Below the pieces are notes generated by a model, which was given only the letters and a program-made list of their open reading frames with translations, was not told the origin of the DNA and did no database searches. Positions 27,513 through 32,000 of a DNA stretch of 32,000 nt are shown piece after piece (position 1 is the stretch's first letter; every line of letters begins with the position of its first letter). The stretch is taken from contig JBFRWI010000002.1 of NCBI GenBank assembly GCA_051439505.1, positions 60,924 through 92,923 on the forward strand. Direction: 5' to 3'. The translations under genes were made by a program, and so were the position numbers. The stretch comes from Hormoscilla sp. (GTDB lineage: Bacteria; Cyanobacteriota; Cyanobacteriia; Cyanobacteriales; Desertifilaceae).

Positions 27513-28580
27513 ATGAAAGCAGAGCTTGTTAAGAGGTTGTTTAGGGCGATCGCTAGTGGAGACCAAGAGGCGATCGACAAACTCACGTACATAGTAATTT
27601 CAGAAGAGCGTAAGAAGGGACACACATTGTTAGCCGATCAGTTAGAAAATATTACTAAGCACCAGTCAAAGTCAAATGGTTCCCAAAGGGTACCACAGAC
27701 AGAGCGATCGCTGCGGGAAAAATCGGATAAAAGCGCCTGTAGCACGACTAAACCTGCGATGGAAGAACAGGCGTTCCCGCCTATTCTACAGGATCTAAGC
27801 ACCCTGCCAACAAATAAGCGATTTGATTTTCCTCTAATTACGATCGTACCTCCAGAGAAATTACGGCATCATATGGTGCTGCCGGAGAAAATTGAGAAAC
27901 GTTTCCGGCGAATTGAACGGGAGTATGCTGCCAGAGATAGGTTAGCTCATTATGGCTTGCGCTACAGACAAAAAATTCTTTTGTACGGTCCTCCGGGCTG
28001 TGGTAAAACCTTAGGAGCTGAACGTTTAGCTTGGCACACCGGTTTACCGATGGTCAAGGTGCGATTTGATGCCATAGTGTCGTCTTTTTTGGGGGAGACG
28101 GCAAGTAATTTGAGCGTCGTGTTTGAAAAAGTGGACAAGATGGACTGCTTGTTGTTTCTGGATGAATGTGACTCCCTGGCTAAGTCACGGTCAGACCCCC
28201 AGGAAGTTGGTGAAATTAAGCGTGTGGTGAATACTTTTCTGCAACTACTTGACGATTACTCCCCATCTTCTGGTATGATAGTGGCAGCCACTAACCTCAA
28301 CGAGTCCCTCGATCGGGCTCTGTGGAGGCGATTTGATGATTTAATTGAAGTGCCACTACCGGGAGAGCAAGAACTGCGGTTGATTTTGTCAGAAAAATTC
28401 TCGACAGTGGAAGTAGGTGCGATCGACTGGTCGCGGATAATTGCGCAAATGAGTGGCTTCTCTGCTGCTCAAGCAGAAAAAGTAGCTCAAGATGCCGCGA
28501 AACGCGCTATTCTAGATCGAGAAGAACTCGTAATTCAGCCACATCTAGAAGAGGCGATCGCCGAAATCAAGGTTGTTTAG
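27513..28580 (+). CDS. AAA+ ATPase (IetA-like)
   Basis: Walker A LLYGPPGCGKT, Walker B LLFLDECD, sensor-1 VAATN, arginine region LDRALWRRFD. The ~150-aa N-terminal region has no motif I recognise. Confidence 0.85.
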   Translation: MKAELVKRLFRAIASGDQEAIDKLTYIVISEERKKGHTLLADQLENITKHQSKSNGSQRVPQTERSLREKSDKSACSTTKPAMEEQAFPPILQDLSTLPTNKRFDFPLITIVPPEKLRHHMVLPEKIEKRFRRIEREYAARDRLAHYGLRYRQKILLYGPPGCGKTLGAERLAWHTGLPMVKVRFDAIVSSFLGETASNLSVVFEKVDKMDCLLFLDECDSLAKSRSDPQEVGEIKRVVNTFLQLLDDYSPSSGMIVAATNLNESLDRALWRRFDDLIEVPLPGEQELRLILSEKFSTVEVGAIDWSRIIAQMSGFSAAQAEKVAQDAAKRAILDREELVIQPHLEEAIAEIKVV

Positions 28581-28601
28581 GAAAATTCCGAGGAGAATAA
28601 A

Positions 28602-31187
28602 ATGGTTGAACGTTATGAAATGTTTCCACATATTCAGCTTAGGCAGACAGCCGAGGGCACTGCTGTATCGACCGGAGGATCGAGAAGGAAAAATTCTCGC
28701 ACAGAGTGGAATAAGAGTAACCGAGGGGAACATGGCAGTAGGCTGAAGGGTGTCGCTGACTCTATAGTTGCTGACTGGGAAAATGTCCAAGATCAACGGC
28801 AAGAAGAAGGAAAACCCCTACTTGAAGCTAGGCGTCTTACCTTACTGACAGATCCTGAATCTTTCGATCCAGATAAGCTAAAAGCTTATGGCATTGAGGT
28901 AATTTTAGAATTAGAAAATGGGTATATAATCGGAGCGTCAGCAGATTTAGAACTGACTAAGTTGCAAGAAAAGATCGAGAAATTCATCAATGATGAGCGA
29001 GGAGGAGGTAATGTTGCTGAAGTTTGGGAGCTAATTGATGGAATTAAAAGCCCGGAGTTTATTCTGTCTCCTGAATTATGGGAGCATTGGGATAAAGTTA
29101 ATGACGAACAGATATACAATATTGATGTAGGAATTGCCTGTTTAGGACTTCAATCTAAGCTTTCCGACCCTCCAGTTAGAGAACCAGATGAAAGTGATGA
29201 TAAATACGCAAAAAGACTTAAAACATGGAGCGATAAACGCGATCTACAATATCAAGAGTGGGATGAACTAGCTATGGCAAGAGAAAATGAATTGGAAGAG
29301 TTGATCTCTAATTATAACGGAAATTTACTTAGTTTAGAGGAAGATCGGATTCCAGAGTCTGCCAAGTTACCAGATAGTTTTTCCTGTCGCATACAAATTT
29401 CAGGTAAGGGGTTAAAAGACTTAGTTTATAACTTTCCCTATATTTTTGATGTCAGCAAACCCGATCAGTTTGCCGAACTCGTGCAACCGCAAGGTTTATC
29501 TGATGGTGAAGACCCCTCTTTTCAGCTAGAACCACCTGGCCCAAATGCTCCCAAGGTCTGTGTTATTGATAGTGGGATTCAGGAAAGACATCCTCTTCTG
29601 AAAGCAGCAATTGATTCAGAGAACTCACGATCTTGGTTGCCTGGAAATCAACAAACTGCTGATTATGTTGAAAATGGTGGACATGGAACCAGGGTCGCTG
29701 GGGCGGTACTTTATCCTCGGACTATACCTCGGAGTGGGAAGCAACCAGCTATTTGCTGGATTCAAAATGCGAGAGTCCTTAATGATAACTGCAAACTACC
29801 TGAAAATCTATTTCCCCCTAATATGTTGGGGGAGATTGTAGAGTTATATAAAGGAACGAGAATATTTAATCATTCTATTACCGGAGCGCTTCCATGTCGC
29901 ACCCAATACATGAGTGCTTGGGCAGCGGCGATCGATCAACTGACGTGGCAAAAGGATATTCTCTTGATTGTGGCGGCTGGTAACTTGCCTTTATACAGTA
30001 GAATTGGTCCAACCCGATTATCTATTCCAGAACATCTGGCAGCAAATCGACCTTATCCAGATTATCTTTTAAAGGCAGGGTGCCGAATTGCGAACCCGGC
30101 ACAAAGTTTCCAAGCTTTAACGGTGGGATCGATTGCTCATAATTCTTATTATGCCCGGCCTTATTCTTCAATAGCGCAGAAAGATATGCCTTCAGCCTTC
30201 TCCTGCTCGGGATTGGGAATTTGGGATACGATCAAGCCAGAAGTTGTTGAATATGGGGGCGATCTGGTAAAGGATGAGAGTGTACCACCTAACCTTACTT
30301 ACCATGAAAGCATTTGTCCTGAATTAGTGCGATCGACATTAAACGGTGGTCATGCAATTGCCTCGGACCAAGTAGGAACCTCATTTGCAGCGCCAAAAGT
30401 CAGCCATATTGCAGCTCGTCTCGCCTCTGAGTTACCTGATGAAAGTTGTCTTTTGTACCGCGCCTTAATAGTTCAGTCAGCACGCTGGCCAGAATGGACA
30501 ATGGCAGATAATGTGGATCAACTGCATGTATTGCGTCAAATAGGTTATGGTATTCCCAATATTGAACGCTGTTTAGCCAATTATTCCAATCGGATCACGA
30601 TGATTACTACAGGAGAACGCCGAATTAAAGCTCGACAAGCTCAGATTTACGAAGTAAAACTACCTAATTCATTGCGTTCTCAAGGAGATGAGTTAGAGAT
30701 TTTAGTGGAAGTTACCCTGTCATACAAAGCTCAACCCCGTCGAACCAGACGACATCGACGCAAATATCTTTCAACTTGGCTTGACTGGGATTGTAGCAAG
30801 AGAGGAGAAGACCCCGAAAGCTTTCTTTCCCGACTTTTGCAAGAACATGACGCCCCAGAAAATGCGGATCCAGGAGAAAGTATTTTCAAGTGGACCCTGG
30901 GAAAGCAAAAGAATTACGGAATAATTAAAGATGTTTCTCGGGGTGCAGGAACTATTCAGAAGGATTGGACTGTTGTCAAGTCATTTGAACTGCGAGAATC
31001 TTTCTGCATTGCAGTGGTTGGACATCAAGGTTGGAACAACGATCCGGATGCTAGCGTTCCCTATTCTCTAGTTGTTAGCTTTGAAGCGATCCAAGCTAAT
31101 GTACCAATTTATCAGGAAATATCCTCAGCTCAAGTACAGATGGAAGTTGTCGATCGGGTAGAAATTAAATCCACAGGGAGGATATGA
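28602..31187 (+). CDS. Cytoplasmic S8 (subtilisin-like) serine peptidase, 861 aa (IetS-like)
   Basis: aggaga RBS at 28591-28596. Catalytic triad in D-H-S order: VCVIDSGI, GGHGTRVAG, GTSFAAPKVSH. No signal peptide. Large uncharacterised N-terminal (~310 aa) and C-terminal (~200 aa) regions. Confidence 0.85.
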   Translation: MVERYEMFPHIQLRQTAEGTAVSTGGSRRKNSRTEWNKSNRGEHGSRLKGVADSIVADWENVQDQRQEEGKPLLEARRLTLLTDPESFDPDKLKAYGIEVILELENGYIIGASADLELTKLQEKIEKFINDERGGGNVAEVWELIDGIKSPEFILSPELWEHWDKVNDEQIYNIDVGIACLGLQSKLSDPPVREPDESDDKYAKRLKTWSDKRDLQYQEWDELAMARENELEELISNYNGNLLSLEEDRIPESAKLPDSFSCRIQISGKGLKDLVYNFPYIFDVSKPDQFAELVQPQGLSDGEDPSFQLEPPGPNAPKVCVIDSGIQERHPLLKAAIDSENSRSWLPGNQQTADYVENGGHGTRVAGAVLYPRTIPRSGKQPAICWIQNARVLNDNCKLPENLFPPNMLGEIVELYKGTRIFNHSITGALPCRTQYMSAWAAAIDQLTWQKDILLIVAAGNLPLYSRIGPTRLSIPEHLAANRPYPDYLLKAGCRIANPAQSFQALTVGSIAHNSYYARPYSSIAQKDMPSAFSCSGLGIWDTIKPEVVEYGGDLVKDESVPPNLTYHESICPELVRSTLNGGHAIASDQVGTSFAAPKVSHIAARLASELPDESCLLYRALIVQSARWPEWTMADNVDQLHVLRQIGYGIPNIERCLANYSNRITMITTGERRIKARQAQIYEVKLPNSLRSQGDELEILVEVTLSYKAQPRRTRRHRRKYLSTWLDWDCSKRGEDPESFLSRLLQEHDAPENADPGESIFKWTLGKQKNYGIIKDVSRGAGTIQKDWTVVKSFELRESFCIAVVGHQGWNNDPDASVPYSLVVSFEAIQANVPIYQEISSAQVQMEVVDRVEIKSTGRI

Positions 31188-31292
31188 GGCGATCGCGCGC
31201 TCCGGTGCTGACTTAAGGCGCGAACTTGCATGACAGTTATAAACAGCGCTCAAAAACGGGCGATCGCTTCTAGATCATCGGTCAAGTAGAAT

Positions 31293-31359
31293 AGAAACCG
31301 GGTTTCTCGTGATAGCAGCAACGAGAAATCAATGATTTTACCAGAGAAACCCGGTTTCT
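31293..31359. repeat. Hairpin cluster built from AGAAACC(G/C)GGTTTCT palindromes
   Basis: agaaaccgggtttct (31293-31307) and agaaacccggtttct (31345-31359) are mutual reverse complements. The inner stem is tttctcgt (31303-31310) / acgagaaa (31321-31328). Same motif as 12318-12350. Confidence 0.7.
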
Positions 31360-31446
31360 TGACCGACGTTCTCGCCATTGCCAGTTTTTCGACCTGCTCG
31401 CAATTTCAATATTGGATATTCTAGCATGAAAGCTGGGCCAGCGATC

Positions 31447-31681
31447 GGGGTCTTGCCTGGACCCAGACTTGCCCCCAACCACAACGGCATGTTATGCTAA
31501 GATTAGCAGCTAAGCCATGTTCATGTTTGCGCGACTTCTATCAACAAGTTATTCTATAATTACAAGAAATTAAGGCATCGGAACCAAACGGAACCGGTGC
31601 CGAGGAGATAAACTGTACAGTACCGGTGTCTACCTCATACCTGCATAATTCACTTACCCTTGACAAGCAATGAAGATAAAA
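31447..31681 (+). repeat. Direct repeat copy B (~235 bp), continuous with the downstream gene start
   Basis: See copy A. It contains TTGACA at 31660-31665 and the ATG at 31670. Confidence 0.95.
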
Positions 31682-32000
31682 TTTGAATTTTTTGATATGG
31701 ATTCTCTCAAATTTATTCGCATCCGGCAAAATTGCAGTCAACCTGAGTTAACAGATATTCCCGATGCCATTAAAACGGGAATTCAACAGTTAGCCCCGGG
31801 AAAATTCATTCAACCAGGACAAACAGTCGCGATCGCAGTTGGCAGTCGAGGGATTGCCAATTTAGCCCAAATTGTTCAGACCATTGGACATGAATTGATC
31901 GCTTTGGGGGCACATCCTTTTATTGTCCCAGCAATGGGGTCTCATGGAGGGGGAACAGCGGCAGGACAAGCGGCAGTTTTGGCGAGTTATGGCATTACAG
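31670..32000 (+). CDS. LarA-like / lactate racemase N-terminal domain (DUF2088) protein, 3' end beyond the window
   Basis: Open frame to the window end: MKIKFEFFDMDSLKFIRIRQ...GQTVAIAVGSRGIANL...PFIVPAMGSHGGGTAAGQ. The start is ATG 31670 or the in-frame ATG 31697. Family assignment is from motif memory only. Confidence 0.6.
   Translation, partial: MKIKFEFFDMDSLKFIRIRQNCSQPELTDIPDAIKTGIQQLAPGKFIQPGQTVAIAVGSRGIANLAQIVQTIGHELIALGAHPFIVPAMGSHGGGTAAGQAAVLASYGIT

Overview
Cyanobacterial chromosomal segment. The HIP1 octamer GCGATCGC occurs more than 20 times, and STRR-like heptamer arrays and GGTGGGC-N3-GCCCACC palindromes sit at many gene ends. No rRNA, tRNA or CRISPR array was found. The backbone is housekeeping and signalling: a 5'-truncated CHASE3 histidine kinase, polA, the pds-crtB carotenoid pair, a large Cache/HAMP/PAS histidine kinase, rsgA, a Tat/lipobox Mn-SOD, two tandemly duplicated aldo/keto reductases, a DUF2325-like protein, rpiA, a receiver-PAS-adenylate cyclase, a MOSC protein, fumC and the start of a LarA-like gene. 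Three accessory regions stand out. (1) A solo IscB (OMEGA-type RuvC/HNH RNA-guided nuclease, 13605-14870, minus strand) has all catalytic motifs and no TnpA. A 553-bp ORF-free region lies upstream; about 320 nt of it is a candidate omega-RNA (HEARO-type) leader with a near-consensus promoter. (2) A small defence-like islet (25.4-31.7 kb) holds a PIN toxin with an overlapping two-repeat partner, a Uma2 endonuclease, and a 4.2-kb cassette encoding an AAA+ ATPase plus a cytoplasmic 861-aa S8 subtilase (IetAS-like architecture). The cassette is bracketed by ~230-bp direct repeats that duplicate the promoter and first codons of the downstream gene. (3) A locus of bacterial OB-fold (YgiW-like) proteins includes a four-repeat protein with near-identical 234-237-bp units. 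Three TGTCAC direct-repeat pairs at exact 11-bp spacing lie in its promoter regions. Two MITE-like nested inverted-repeat elements, one carrying a strong G-quadruplex tract, and several small hairpin repeat families fill the intergenic space.
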